NCBI GenBank assembly: GCA_964395665.1
Contig: CAYNDH010000001.1
Location: 161 to 64,160 of the forward strand
DNA length: 64,000 nt
From: an uncultured Anaerolineaceae bacterium
GTDB lineage: Bacteria > Chloroflexota > Anaerolineae > Aggregatilineales > Phototrophicaceae
Reading direction: 5' to 3'
How positions within the stretch are numbered: the stretch's first letter is position 1; every line of letters starts with the position of its first letter. Positions 31,451-41,296 of the stretch are shown here, one piece after another. Made by a program: the position numbers and the translations under genes. Under the pieces are notes generated by a model, which worked only from the letters and a program-made list of their open reading frames with translations, was not told where the DNA came from and searched no databases.

Positions 31451-33974
31451 CGGTTTGCACCTCGATCTGACCGATCATCACCCGCTGTGCGGATTCATCA
31501 ATGGTAAAGTCAGCGCTCTCACCCTGCAAGCGCTGACCGGTCACTGGATCATACATGCCAATCGCGAGTGTGTATTCCCCCAGTGGGACGGCCTCCAGAT
31601 TCAGGGAGAATGTCTCCTGATACGAACCGGGCAGCGCATTCTGTAAGATCAATCCCCCCTGCCCCAGACGAAGATCGGCCTGCGCCAGCGGCGGCTGGGA
31701 TGGATCATCATACACATGGATAAACAGCAGCGCATCACCTTCGGCATCAGATGTGATCTGCCAGCGGATCATGCCATCCAGCGTCCGGGTGGCTGCATTA
31801 TAAGTGTAATCAAACGCCAGCCGAATTGCACCTTCCTGAAATAAGATGCTGGCTTCTCTGCCGGCTTCTCTGCCGGCTTCGCTGTCCGCTTCAGGCGGTT
31901 CGTAACGGCCCTGATAAACCCAGTGCATATAGGGCATGTAGACAAAACCCTGCGGCACAAGGCGGATTTCCGGCGTGTCTGATACGATCATATCTGATGA
32001 GATCAGCGTGGGGATTTCCAGCCACTGCCCCGGAATGGATGGAATCCAGTGTTCGGCAGTCAGTTGATCTCCAACGTACACTTGCAGCAGCCCGGCTTCC
32101 AGCGGATGAACACGGGTGATCAGCAGAGCATCCTGCCCGGTCTGAACATCGATGCGAAAACGTTCTTCTCCATTCAGACGCCTGCCGCCATCCGTGACAA
32201 TACAGGCGGATGCATCGGCACAGGACAGCGTCTGCTGCTGGTAAAATTCGGTCGCAAAGCCAGCGACATGTGACTGATTATGCCATCGGTAGTTATGCTG
32301 CTGTTCCGAATTCAGGTCCGCGACATCAATCTGACCGACCAGCACAGCATCCTTGAGCGCTGTCAGATAGGTCAGCAGCAGTGGGGACTGCACCTGCCCC
32401 GCAGCGTCTACACCAACCCATGTCGGCTGATAAATCCCCTGAAACGGTCCCCCCAGCGCGACATTAAAGCGGGGATCGTAGTCTGCTTCAAATCCCTGAA
32501 GCAGTTCACCATAGACCGAGGTCTGCGCCAGATAATTCAGGCCGCGCGCATCGTTATAGGCTGCGATATAGTCAGGGCGTGGTTCGACTACCGTCAGATA
32601 TTCACCAACCGCACCGGGGCCATTACGCCACCAGTCCGCAGCGCCTGCCGTGGTAAGGCCGACCATGTCAATCGTAGTGCGATCACCCAGATAACGCATC
32701 ATCCCGACATCATGGACCGCGACTACGGCATCCGCTGGTGTATTTTGTGACAGCCAGCGGGCCATTGCCAGCGGCTGAAGCGCGACACTGCGGGTATTCA
32801 TCGCGTAATAGCCTACAAACTGCGCCATTGACCAGACGCCAAAAATCATCAGCAGGCCGACCAGTCCCCACGACAAACGCTGACGAAATCGCCCCTGAAC
32901 CAGCATCAAACCAAAGGGGGACAGGGCCACAACCAGCGCGATCATCGGCATCTGATAGCGCTTAAAATGCCAGAAGGCAGTATCCAGTGTGGAGATGGAC
33001 CCAATCAGCGCGACCAACCATAGCAGAATCAAAAAAAGAAATGTCAGCCGACGGTTTTGTACAGACCAGACCGCGACACCTGCCAGCGCAATCAGTACCA
33101 GTCCGGGCAGCAGATACGGCACGCCGAATTCGCCGAAGCCGGTGATCAGTTCAGTCAGGGTACGGGTGATATTTTCCCCAATCCGGCGCAGCACTTCGCC
33201 CCATTCGAAAGGGATCATCCCCAGCAGGGACTTCGCCTGATTGCCGGTCGGCGAAAAGCTGCCGGTCACGATGCGGTTGAGCAGTGGTTGCAAACCCGTC
33301 AGCAGGACTGGCAGCAGCAGCCAGAGGTGATGCCGTTGCCACAAGTGCCGCTGCTGAAGCAGCTCTATCAGGCACACCACGACAGCAATCACCGCCATGA
33401 TACTGCCTTCTGGCCGCGTGATCGCCAGCAGCGACGCCGCAGGGATCAGCACGCGGTACTGGCGGCTCAAATAGCCCCACAGCGTCCACAGCAGCAGGCA
33501 GATCAGCACCAGCGTTTCCATCCCGCTGTATGCGTGCCATGTGACCGCACCGCTGAGGATGAACGCCGCGCCGGTCAGGATTGCAGCATTAGACGACAGA
33601 CCCGCGAAACGGGCGATACGGGTGACAGCGATTGCACTACCGAACAGCGCCCCGCCGCCAATCATCAGCGCCCACCAGCCTAACTGAAGATCCTCAAGCC
33701 CTAACAGGGCACCAACCGCCAGTAAATAGGGATACAGCAGGCTGGTCGCACCGGATGTGGATGGCTGGCCGGGATTGTACTGATAGGGTTCGCCACGGGC
33801 GATCTGACGCGCATACTGAAAGTGAATATAGGCGTCGTCCACCGGCATCAGCGGAGAGCCATCACCTGCCGGTAAGGATGTGAGGGCGTAAACGCCAAGT
33901 GTCAGCGCGCTCAGCAGCCCCAGAAAAGGGACCCATAAGCGATACCAGCGACGTTGTGAGTCTTCGATCATCAT
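31440..33974 (-). CDS. Large polytopic membrane protein, GT-C-fold glycosyltransferase-like, with about 400-aa extracytoplasmic C-domain
   Basis: 844 aa and more than 10 TM helices. The first loop carries PVDDAYIHFQYARQI, a DD motif like those of GT-C arabinosyl/mannosyl transferases. It overlaps both neighbours (11 bp and 4 bp). The family call is tentative. Confidence 0.55.
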   Translation of the reverse strand: MMIEDSQRRWYRLWVPFLGLLSALTLGVYALTSLPAGDGSPLMPVDDAYIHFQYARQIARGEPYQYNPGQPSTSGATSLLYPYLLAVGALLGLEDLQLGWWALMIGGGALFGSAIAVTRIARFAGLSSNAAILTGAAFILSGAVTWHAYSGMETLVLICLLLWTLWGYLSRQYRVLIPAASLLAITRPEGSIMAVIAVVVCLIELLQQRHLWQRHHLWLLLPVLLTGLQPLLNRIVTGSFSPTGNQAKSLLGMIPFEWGEVLRRIGENITRTLTELITGFGEFGVPYLLPGLVLIALAGVAVWSVQNRRLTFLFLILLWLVALIGSISTLDTAFWHFKRYQMPMIALVVALSPFGLMLVQGRFRQRLSWGLVGLLMIFGVWSMAQFVGYYAMNTRSVALQPLAMARWLSQNTPADAVVAVHDVGMMRYLGDRTTIDMVGLTTAGAADWWRNGPGAVGEYLTVVEPRPDYIAAYNDARGLNYLAQTSVYGELLQGFEADYDPRFNVALGGPFQGIYQPTWVGVDAAGQVQSPLLLTYLTALKDAVLVGQIDVADLNSEQQHNYRWHNQSHVAGFATEFYQQQTLSCADASACIVTDGGRRLNGEERFRIDVQTGQDALLITRVHPLEAGLLQVYVGDQLTAEHWIPSIPGQWLEIPTLISSDMIVSDTPEIRLVPQGFVYMPYMHWVYQGRYEPPEADSEAGREAGREASILFQEGAIRLAFDYTYNAATRTLDGMIRWQITSDAEGDALLFIHVYDDPSQPPLAQADLRLGQGGLILQNALPGSYQETFSLNLEAVPLGEYTLAIGMYDPVTGQRLQGESADFTIDESAQRVMIGQIEVQTDAR

Positions 33975-35017
33975 GGATTGGCGGTCGAAATGGGGACGGT
34001 ATCGGTGGTCGTATCCGCACCACTGTCTGCAAAGACATCAATGACATAACGGACATCGTCACCCAGAGGATAAAGCACTGCTGTCGTAATACCCGATGCG
34101 AAATATTCACCGACCTTTGCCCGGACTTCCTGCGGTGTCCCTGAAGCTGTCAGCATCTGGACGACATCATCCGGTACCAGACGCATGGCCTGTTCAATCT
34201 GATATTCTTCAGGCTCCCACGCCAGCACCTGCGACACCTCATCGATCAGCTCCGGGCGGACACCGCTCGCCAGCATCAGGCGCGGCTGCTGCACCAGATA
34301 GGGGATGATCAGGCGGCGAGCGCGATTGAGGGCCAATGTCCGGTTACGATCGACCGAACAGACGATAAGCTGCGGCCTTGCCATCTGATCAAGCGGTCTG
34401 CCGGATTGTCTCAGGCCGCGCTGAAGTTCTTCCATCACGACCGCATTATGTGCCGGGGATGCCATCAGATTCAGCAGGACGCCATTGGCGATCTCTCCGG
34501 CCAGCGCTGCCATACTCGCCCCGATCGCACCGAGATAGACCGGGATGCTGCGCGGCTCACGCCGCCCATGGACTACATCCAGTGCGATATCATCAAGCTG
34601 TACAAATTCACCGCGATAGGTCACCCGCTGAAGCGTGAATAAGGCTTTCAGGGCCGTTACCACCTCACGCATCGCCAGCAGCGGTTTGGAGCGCACCACC
34701 CCGGTCTTATGCGCCAGTGGTTCCCACCAGCTCCCCAGACCGCACATGATGCGATCAGGGGCGAGATCATCCAGCGTCAGGAAAGTGGCAGCCAGTGCCG
34801 CGGTATTCCGAGTCCAGTGCGTCATCACACCGGAACCGATTTTGATGCGCATGGTCGTCGCAGCATAGGCTGCCATGGCAATCGTAGCATCGCGCACCAG
34901 ACGCGTCTCCGCCTGCCAGACGCTGTCAAAACCGCGCAGTTCCGCATACTGGACATAGCGGATCGAATCCCGCAGGGAATAATGATCCTGCAGATAAAGG
35001 CCGTACCGATCATCCAT
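33971..35017 (-). CDS. Luciferase-like monooxygenase (LLM) class oxidoreductase, probably F420-dependent
   Basis: 348 aa. It has AELRGFDSVWQAETRLVRDA and an LLM-type TIM-barrel pattern. It is adjacent to the F420 biosynthesis genes. Confidence 0.75.
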   Translation of the reverse strand: MDDRYGLYLQDHYSLRDSIRYVQYAELRGFDSVWQAETRLVRDATIAMAAYAATTMRIKIGSGVMTHWTRNTAALAATFLTLDDLAPDRIMCGLGSWWEPLAHKTGVVRSKPLLAMREVVTALKALFTLQRVTYRGEFVQLDDIALDVVHGRREPRSIPVYLGAIGASMAALAGEIANGVLLNLMASPAHNAVVMEELQRGLRQSGRPLDQMARPQLIVCSVDRNRTLALNRARRLIIPYLVQQPRLMLASGVRPELIDEVSQVLAWEPEEYQIEQAMRLVPDDVVQMLTASGTPQEVRAKVGEYFASGITTAVLYPLGDDVRYVIDVFADSGADTTTDTVPISTANP

Positions 35018-35026
35018 AGGCTTGTA

Positions 35027-35713
35027 TTACAGCCAGTCTAGCTGAGGCAGCACGCTGTCCTGTGCTTCTGATGGTGGACGCCAGATCGAATCGGGTGGCG
35101 TTGTCTGGATGAGTTGATAATACCTATGAAGGTCTTCCGGCACATCAATATCGAACTGCAGGCGTTCGGACTGATAGTGTTCGACGTTAGCATCGACCTC
35201 TCTGGCAAAGTTGGTGTGACGCTGAAAGCTGCCCGGCCCATAAGCATAATTGATGCAGCCGGGTGGACGCACAAACAGGGCATTCGTGCCGTCCCGTACA
35301 CTGTCGGTCGCAATTACAACACTTGGAAAAGAACGCTTACCAATAGTGATAATATTACTGATGTCCTCACGGTTAATCAGCGGCAGATCGGCAGGCAGGA
35401 TCAGAATGGAATCACTGCGCCAGCTTTCGATGATCTTCGTTGCCCGCAGCAGCGCATTATTCAATTCAGGCGTTCCGCTTTCCTGAACCGTGCGAACCTT
35501 ATATTCACGGGCAATTGCCAGAGCGCGGTTATCGCGGCTGATCACCAGTGTCCCTGCAACCTGCGGGACTTCATTCACGGTCTTCAGCACATGTCGCAGC
35601 ATCGCTTCTGCCAGATGCTGCCGTTCATCAGGTGTGAGGATTTTCGCCAGCCGACTTTTCGCCAAGCGCAGCGGCTTAACGGGAATCACCACCCATGTTG
35701 TCATCACTTCCAT
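35027..35713 (-). CDS. cofC: 2-phospho-L-lactate / phosphoenolpyruvate guanylyltransferase CofC/FbiD
   Basis: 228 aa. WVVIPVKPLRLAKSRL is the family N-terminal motif, followed by LPADLPL. The start may instead be the second ATG at 35702-35704. Confidence 0.85.
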   Translation of the reverse strand: MEVMTTWVVIPVKPLRLAKSRLAKILTPDERQHLAEAMLRHVLKTVNEVPQVAGTLVISRDNRALAIAREYKVRTVQESGTPELNNALLRATKIIESWRSDSILILPADLPLINREDISNIITIGKRSFPSVVIATDSVRDGTNALFVRPPGCINYAYGPGSFQRHTNFAREVDANVEHYQSERLQFDIDVPEDLHRYYQLIQTTPPDSIWRPPSEAQDSVLPQLDWL

Positions 35714-36732
35714 CCTTGTAGCGTTTCTAAAATCTTTTTGGCGAGTTTAACTTTACTTTGAGTATCCCCCATTATTGTATCAAAACTCTGGACCTTATAG
35801 ATGACAGAATGTAAATTTTCGGAGTCTGGTCGGCTGGCTTCCCCTGACTGGCTCTGCCAGTCGCGTTGATCGCGCTCATCAGTGATGAAGCCATTCAACA
35901 GATCACCGTAATAATCCATCACCGACTGTGCCGAGACTTCCATCCCCAGTTCGCCCATGATTTTGGCTGCCGGTCCCTTGACAGCCTTTCCATCAATGAT
36001 CGGCGTCAGGGCGACACGTGGGATCTGACGGGATCTCAGAAGATCAGCCATGTCAGGGATCGCCATCATCGGCCCGATTGACAGCCACGGGTTGGATGGC
36101 CCGAACAGGATGACGTCCGCCTCAGCCAGAGCCTGTCGCACTTCCGGCGTCAGACGTGCTTCTGATGCACCGCGATATTCAAGTGACTTCACACGCGGCT
36201 GCCAGCGATAGCGGACGAAGTATTCCTGAAATTCCAGTGCGCCATGTTCCTCGGTGTGAACGATGGTCATCACCGGATCATCGGTGATTGGCAGCAGCGC
36301 ACACCGAAGCCCGGAACGGGCCGCCAGTTCACGGGTGATGTCGGTCAGGCGCATCCCCTGATGCAGCCACTGTGTCCGCAGCAGATGCGTCGCGAGATCC
36401 TGATCCTTCAGGCCGAACCACGTCTGCTCACCATAACGCCGGAGCGCATCAAGCATGGCGGTGGTATCGCCAGCGATGCCCCACCCGTTAACCGGATCAA
36501 CACGCTCCGACAGCGTGTACATGATCGTATCCAGATCGGGGCAGACACGCAGACCATAATGCCAGAAATCGTCGGCGACATTGACGATCACCGTCAGATT
36601 CTCCGGTGGCAGAGAGTGTGACAGGCCATACGCCAGTTTTGCCCCGCCGACACCCCCAACCAGTACAACGACTTTCGGGTTAGAGAACAGGGTTTCAAGC
36701 AAGGTTTCGTTTATGATTTCCACAGCACACAC
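35704..36732 (-). CDS. cofD: 2-phospho-L-lactate transferase CofD/FbiA
   Basis: 342 aa. VVVLVGGVGGAKLAYGL and NVADDFWHYGLRVCPDLD motifs. GTG start. Confidence 0.9.
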   Translation of the reverse strand: MCAVEIINETLLETLFSNPKVVVLVGGVGGAKLAYGLSHSLPPENLTVIVNVADDFWHYGLRVCPDLDTIMYTLSERVDPVNGWGIAGDTTAMLDALRRYGEQTWFGLKDQDLATHLLRTQWLHQGMRLTDITRELAARSGLRCALLPITDDPVMTIVHTEEHGALEFQEYFVRYRWQPRVKSLEYRGASEARLTPEVRQALAEADVILFGPSNPWLSIGPMMAIPDMADLLRSRQIPRVALTPIIDGKAVKGPAAKIMGELGMEVSAQSVMDYYGDLLNGFITDERDQRDWQSQSGEASRPDSENLHSVIYKVQSFDTIMGDTQSKVKLAKKILETLQGWK

Positions 36733-37319
36733 TTTTCGAGTGAGTCCCGGGGGCGTTCGCGTTCCTGCGCGGGATATCCGACGGTAATCAGCGCCTGAGG
36801 CCGCCAGTCTGACGGCAATTCAAGCTGTTTACGAACGACATCAGGACAGAAGAGCGGCGCGCACATCCAGCACGCACCCAAATCAAGAGAGGATGCCATC
36901 AGCAGCAGATTCTGGCCGGCCATGGCGGTACTCTGCACCGCCATAATCTCTTCCAGCGTCTGCCGCTTTGCATCCGGGTAAACATCCATATCGGCCATCG
37001 ACAGACACAGCACGATCACCACCGGTGCGCCAGTGATGCGCTGAAAGGAACGGTCAACATCAGCGCCGATCACTGCTTCCGGCACACCATCGGCTGTTAA
37101 ATCCGCCCGAAGCCGCTGCCCCATCGCCACAGCCAGCGCCTGCTTTTCGTCCGCCGCCGTCAGGACGGCAAAGCGCCACGGCTGGCGGTTGTGGGCCGAC
37201 GGCGCCCAGATCGCAGCGGTCAGCAGTTGTTCGATCACATCACGCGGGACAGGATCAGGATGATACCGCCGCAGCGAACGACGCCTCATGATCGTGTCCA
37301 GCAGGGACGCTTCAGCCAT
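36711..37319 (-). CDS. Stand-alone nitroreductase-fold protein, equivalent to the FbiB C-terminal domain (candidate dehydro-F420-0 reductase)
   Basis: 202 aa. RRSLRRY...AAIWAPSAHNRQPWRF is a nitroreductase signature. The gene sits between cofD and cofE. Confidence 0.7.
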   Translation of the reverse strand: MAEASLLDTIMRRRSLRRYHPDPVPRDVIEQLLTAAIWAPSAHNRQPWRFAVLTAADEKQALAVAMGQRLRADLTADGVPEAVIGADVDRSFQRITGAPVVIVLCLSMADMDVYPDAKRQTLEEIMAVQSTAMAGQNLLLMASSLDLGACWMCAPLFCPDVVRKQLELPSDWRPQALITVGYPAQERERPRDSLEKCVLWKS

Positions 37320-37339
37320 AAATTTCTCTCAAACAGCCT

Positions 37340-38122
37340 TTAACGGTACAGGTCCAGTTCAGGGGAGCGGTTCAGTTCGGACGCCGTCCCCATCACCGGC
37401 GGATAGCGCAGCCCACGGACCAGTGTCACCGGCAGCCCTTCATCCCCTTCACCACATACCAGATGCGCGGCAGAGGCCACCAGATCCGCATAGCCCTGAA
37501 CCGTCACTTTCAGAACCCGGCCAAAGAGATCGGTTTCCCCCCGCAGATCGAGCAGTGTCGGGATGCCAGCCGCGCCAACAGCCACACCGACATTCCCCAT
37601 GCGAAAGGGGCGACCATGAGTATCGCTGATGACAATCCCGACTTCAACACCGGTCACGGCAAGCAGCGCTTCGCGGATAGCATCTGCACTGCGATCAGGA
37701 TCAATCGGCAGCAGCAGCACCCGCTCCCCGCCTTCATCGACATTGCTCTGATCAATGCCAGCATTCGCACTGACAAAGCCCAGCCGATGCCGGGTGATCA
37801 GCACGCGACGCCCTTTGCGTGAGATCTCGGTACTTTCCTGCAACACCAGTTCGACGAGACGCGGGTCTTTCTCGGTTTCCCTGGCAAGCGCCGCCGCTTC
37901 TGCACTGGGGATCACATCATGCAGATCGACAATGCGCCCTTCGGCCTTGGAGACGATTTTAGAGGTTACCACCAGCACATCACCGGCCACCAGCGGGCAC
38001 TGCATCCGCTCCAGTGCCTGAAGGATAAGCTGCGGCAGATCATCGCCGGGTTTAATCAATGGTATACCGGTGAGTGAAAGAACAGTCACCGGCTGTACAG
38101 AAGCGGTTGTTTCTTCAGACAC
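37340..38122 (-). CDS. cofE: Coenzyme F420-0:L-glutamate ligase CofE
   Basis: 260 aa. Motifs [23 protein letters not shown], and NAGIDQSN. Confidence 0.9.
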   Translation of the reverse strand: MSEETTASVQPVTVLSLTGIPLIKPGDDLPQLILQALERMQCPLVAGDVLVVTSKIVSKAEGRIVDLHDVIPSAEAAALARETEKDPRLVELVLQESTEISRKGRRVLITRHRLGFVSANAGIDQSNVDEGGERVLLLPIDPDRSADAIREALLAVTGVEVGIVISDTHGRPFRMGNVGVAVGAAGIPTLLDLRGETDLFGRVLKVTVQGYADLVASAAHLVCGEGDEGLPVTLVRGLRYPPVMGTASELNRSPELDLYR

Positions 38123-38125
38123 AGA

Positions 38126-38806
38126 CTAAAGTCCCGTGATGCGTATGCCCGCACCTTTGACGCCGTAACGCTTGTTAATATAGGTCAGGACGGCTGTCAG
38201 CGACTCGGCACCAGAGGCATTCACCAGCGGGCCAGCGTCAAGGCCGCGCATCCCGGCGGCTTCTACCAGCCGGATCACCTGTTCCTTCGCGTCAGCGTCG
38301 TCACCGGTTACCAGCACATCACAGTCGATCTTGTTCGGGATATCCTTGAGCTTGGCCGAGCTGACGTTCTGGAAGGCTGAAACCAGTCGGACATCCTCAC
38401 CGAGCCACGATTTCGCTTCGAGCGCAGCAGATTTCCCTTCCGGGATGTGGACCGAGCGAATATCAGGCGGAATCAGCGGTACCGTCACATCGACCACGAT
38501 CTTACCAGCCAGCATATCCTTCAACTGCGTCAATGTGGGTTTATGCGCGTCATATGGAACAGAGATCACGACAATATCTGCACCCTGTACGGCAGTTTCG
38601 TTATCCGCCCCAGTGAGGTATTCCCCCTGAAGCTTTTGATTCAGTTCAGCCGCCTTCTGTACGGCACGTTCAGCATCACGAGAGCCAATCACCACTTTAT
38701 AACCGTTGATTGCCCAGCGCATCGCAAGTCCGGAACCTTCCCTACCGGTACCGCCAACGATTGCGATGGTTAAAAGAATCGGTCCGTTGTCATGTTCCTG
38801 AGTCAT
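38126..38806 (-). CDS. npdG: NADPH-dependent F420 reductase NpdG
   Basis: I trimmed the start to ATG 38804-38806 (MTQEHDNG), which has a GAAGG Shine-Dalgarno upstream. IAIVGGTGREGSGLAMRWAINGYKVVIGSRD is a Rossmann motif typical of NpdG. Confidence 0.85.
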   Translation of the reverse strand: MTQEHDNGPILLTIAIVGGTGREGSGLAMRWAINGYKVVIGSRDAERAVQKAAELNQKLQGEYLTGADNETAVQGADIVVISVPYDAHKPTLTQLKDMLAGKIVVDVTVPLIPPDIRSVHIPEGKSAALEAKSWLGEDVRLVSAFQNVSSAKLKDIPNKIDCDVLVTGDDADAKEQVIRLVEAAGMRGLDAGPLVNASGAESLTAVLTYINKRYGVKGAGIRITGL

Positions 38807-38966
38807 GAAAAAAGCCTTCGGTTGTCGGTCAGCGTGTAGAAATCCTGTGGCAGGAGCAGTCATTGTAGCGGTGAGTGATCAAATCTGACATAGCGACTCA
38901 GTGAACTTACAAATCTGTAGCTGTAGAGCGCCCTGACATCTGTCCTGTTTGGCTGCTGCTAATGCC

Positions 38967-39632
38967 TCAGCGCGACGTCCCACGGCGGTACAGCTCATCA
39001 TGCGCCGCTGCCATGATCTCATCAGGTGTTCCGGCCTGATGCAGCTCCGCAGCCATTTTCGCCGTCGTGTTCAGAGCGTCATCCGCAAGATACAACGGCG
39101 GATCAGCGGCGCGTATCCCCGATCCACTCAGACGGCTGACACCAGACGAGAGATCTGCCCCCTGTGCAAGGGCCTGCAAACGGCCAGTGCGCAGCCCATG
39201 TTCGGTGCGCTCCACGAAGCGATCAGACTGGCTGTACAGATCCCCAACAACCCGCGCATGACTGAAACGATCCCACGTCGTGTAAATAAAAGTGATAGTG
39301 CGGCGCGTATTATTGACAATAGGCGGATGTTTTTCGATAAGCGCGTCGAATACCACCTTGTAATAAAGTGCATTGGCATTCCGGTGATTGGGTTCATCAG
39401 GCAGCAGAAAACGTCGGTAATGCAGTTCATAGCCGGTGATCCGCGCGAAATAGCGGATAGAGCCGTTTCGCTCGCCAAAGGCGCGGCTGAGGAAAAGGCC
39501 CAGATATTCGGCTTGAATGCCCTGCTGCATTCGGGATTCAGGAATACGATACCAGTGCTGTGTCAGCGCCGCTTCAAGATCGCGCCTACGGCTGATGACA
39601 CCGATCAGCACCCGGTCTTCAGCATAGGACAT
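38967..39632 (-). CDS. Hypothetical protein (221 aa), no family recognised
   Basis: The coding-like ORF begins MSYAEDRVLIGVISRRRDLEAALTQHWYRIP. The longer plus-strand ORF 38949..39824 is Arg/Ser-rich and looks like its shadow. Confidence 0.55.
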   Translation of the reverse strand: MSYAEDRVLIGVISRRRDLEAALTQHWYRIPESRMQQGIQAEYLGLFLSRAFGERNGSIRYFARITGYELHYRRFLLPDEPNHRNANALYYKVVFDALIEKHPPIVNNTRRTITFIYTTWDRFSHARVVGDLYSQSDRFVERTEHGLRTGRLQALAQGADLSSGVSRLSGSGIRAADPPLYLADDALNTTAKMAAELHQAGTPDEIMAAAHDELYRRGTSR

Positions 39633-39685
39633 GTGACCTCTGGCATAAGGGTAATACAGGTAACACAGGATGAAGATCGATCAGC

Positions 39686-39919
39686 TTACTGGGTCAGATC
39701 ATCGATATTCAGAAGCTGTTCCAGAAAGCGCATCTCGTTCAGCACTTCGTCCCGTTCACGTGCCAAAGCCCGATACTGCGAGATGTCTGCTTCGCTCATG
39801 TGTTCCGTCCCACCCCCATGCTGATGCATCAGCGCGTTGATAGTGGAGTGAACCGCTTCGTATCGCAAAACCAGACTCTGATACGTACTGATATTCTGGA
39901 GCAGTTCGCTTTCGGTCAT
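39686..39919 (-). CDS. Small hypothetical protein (77 aa), predicted helical/coiled coil
   Basis: The ORF begins MTESELLQNISTYQSLVLRY. It lies 53 bp upstream of the 221-aa orphan on the same strand. Confidence 0.45.
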   Translation of the reverse strand: MTESELLQNISTYQSLVLRYEAVHSTINALMHQHGGGTEHMSEADISQYRALARERDEVLNEMRFLEQLLNIDDLTQ

Positions 39920-40037
39920 CGTAAAAAATCCTGACTATTTATTTGTACGGGATATTCCCCTCATGTGAACGCCAGAACTGATCTAAACTCACAGCAGTTC
40001 ACTCAGTTCACACGTCCCCATGTGGACAAACACAGTA

Positions 40038-41045
40038 TCAGCGCGGCTCCATCACTTCAAAAGCGTTCAGCCGGGCAACTTCTTTGCCACCGGTGGTCGA
40101 AGCCTGCTCGAAACCGATGGTCGAAGCAACGACATAAAGCGGGCGGCCCCGGACCTCATCATAAATGCGTGCGACATACTGCCCCATGATAAACAGGAAG
40201 AAGAGCTGAAAAGATCCCAGCAGCAGCAGCAGCACGATGGTCGTCGTCTGTCCCCCAAAGAAATCCGGCCCCACGAATACCCTGAGAACTGCAATGACCG
40301 GGATCGTCAGCACACCCAGAATGCCGAAAATCAGGCTAACATAAATCATAATCTGTAATGGAAAATACGAAAACCCGGTCACAGCATCCCACGCAAAGCG
40401 GACCATTTTTCTCAGCGGATACTTTGTCTCGCCGATCTCACGCGCTTCTCTGACATATTGGACACCGGTTTGCCGGAATCCGATCCAACTTGTCATCCCA
40501 CGAATAAAACGGTTGTGTTCGCGCATGGCACGTAAGACATTCGCCACCCGCTCGTCCATAAGACGAAAGTCACCGGTATCCAGTGGGATATTGACATCGG
40601 TAATGCGATAAATCAGGCGGTAGAAGAGCTTCGCTGTCCAGATTTTGAACCTGGTCTCACCCTTGCGCTCGGCCCGCACACCGTACACCACTTCATAACC
40701 CGCCTTCCAGCGCTCAATCATCTCCAGAATGACTTCCGGCGGGTCCTGCAGATCGGCATCAATCAGGACAATCGCATGTCCCTGAGCGTAATCAATGCCC
40801 GCCGTGACCGCGATCTGATGTCCGAAATTACGTGCAAAGTGAACCAGTTTGATGCGGCTGTCCTGCGATGCCACCGCGTGCATTTCAGCATAGGAATTAT
40901 CGCGACTGCCATCATCGACCAGGACCAGTTCCCATGGCTCGTCAAGCGTATCCATCACTTCCCGGATACGCTGATGCAGGCGCAGGATATTGCCTTCTTC
41001 GTTGTAAATCGGTGCAACAATCGAGTAACGGGGTCTCTCAGACAT
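40038..41045 (-). CDS. Family 2 glycosyltransferase, polyprenyl-phosphate sugar transferase type (GtrB/ArnC/DPM1-like) with C-terminal TM helices
   Basis: I trimmed the start to ATG 41043-41045 (MSERPRYSIVAPIYNEEGN). LVLVDDGSRDNS and VLIDADLQDPPE motifs are present, plus two C-terminal TM helices. Confidence 0.85.
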   Translation of the reverse strand: MSERPRYSIVAPIYNEEGNILRLHQRIREVMDTLDEPWELVLVDDGSRDNSYAEMHAVASQDSRIKLVHFARNFGHQIAVTAGIDYAQGHAIVLIDADLQDPPEVILEMIERWKAGYEVVYGVRAERKGETRFKIWTAKLFYRLIYRITDVNIPLDTGDFRLMDERVANVLRAMREHNRFIRGMTSWIGFRQTGVQYVREAREIGETKYPLRKMVRFAWDAVTGFSYFPLQIMIYVSLIFGILGVLTIPVIAVLRVFVGPDFFGGQTTTIVLLLLLGSFQLFFLFIMGQYVARIYDEVRGRPLYVVASTIGFEQASTTGGKEVARLNAFEVMEPR

Positions 41046-41296
41046 GGAAGCCTTACAGTTCGTTTCACAGCTTAAACAGCAAACAGCAAATTTCAAACGG
41101 CCAGCGTTTGACAGCAGATCATTGTCAGTAGTGGAGTTGGGTGAATTCTTCTCACTCTGATTATAATAACCCGATTACGATAGAAGGTTTCACGACTTAT
41201 ACACCATTTGCCGTGCAACAACGCATTAAAATTGGTGAGAATTGTTTTAATTTCAAAATCACATTTGCAATCATTTGCAGGATAGAAAGCTTTAGC

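Noticed and set aside
38949-39824. 291-aa plus-strand ORF
   Set aside because: It overlaps both minus-strand genes 38967..39632 and 39686..39919. Its translation is Arg/Ser/Cys-rich and low in complexity. I judged the minus-strand frames more protein-like, although neither is family-verified.
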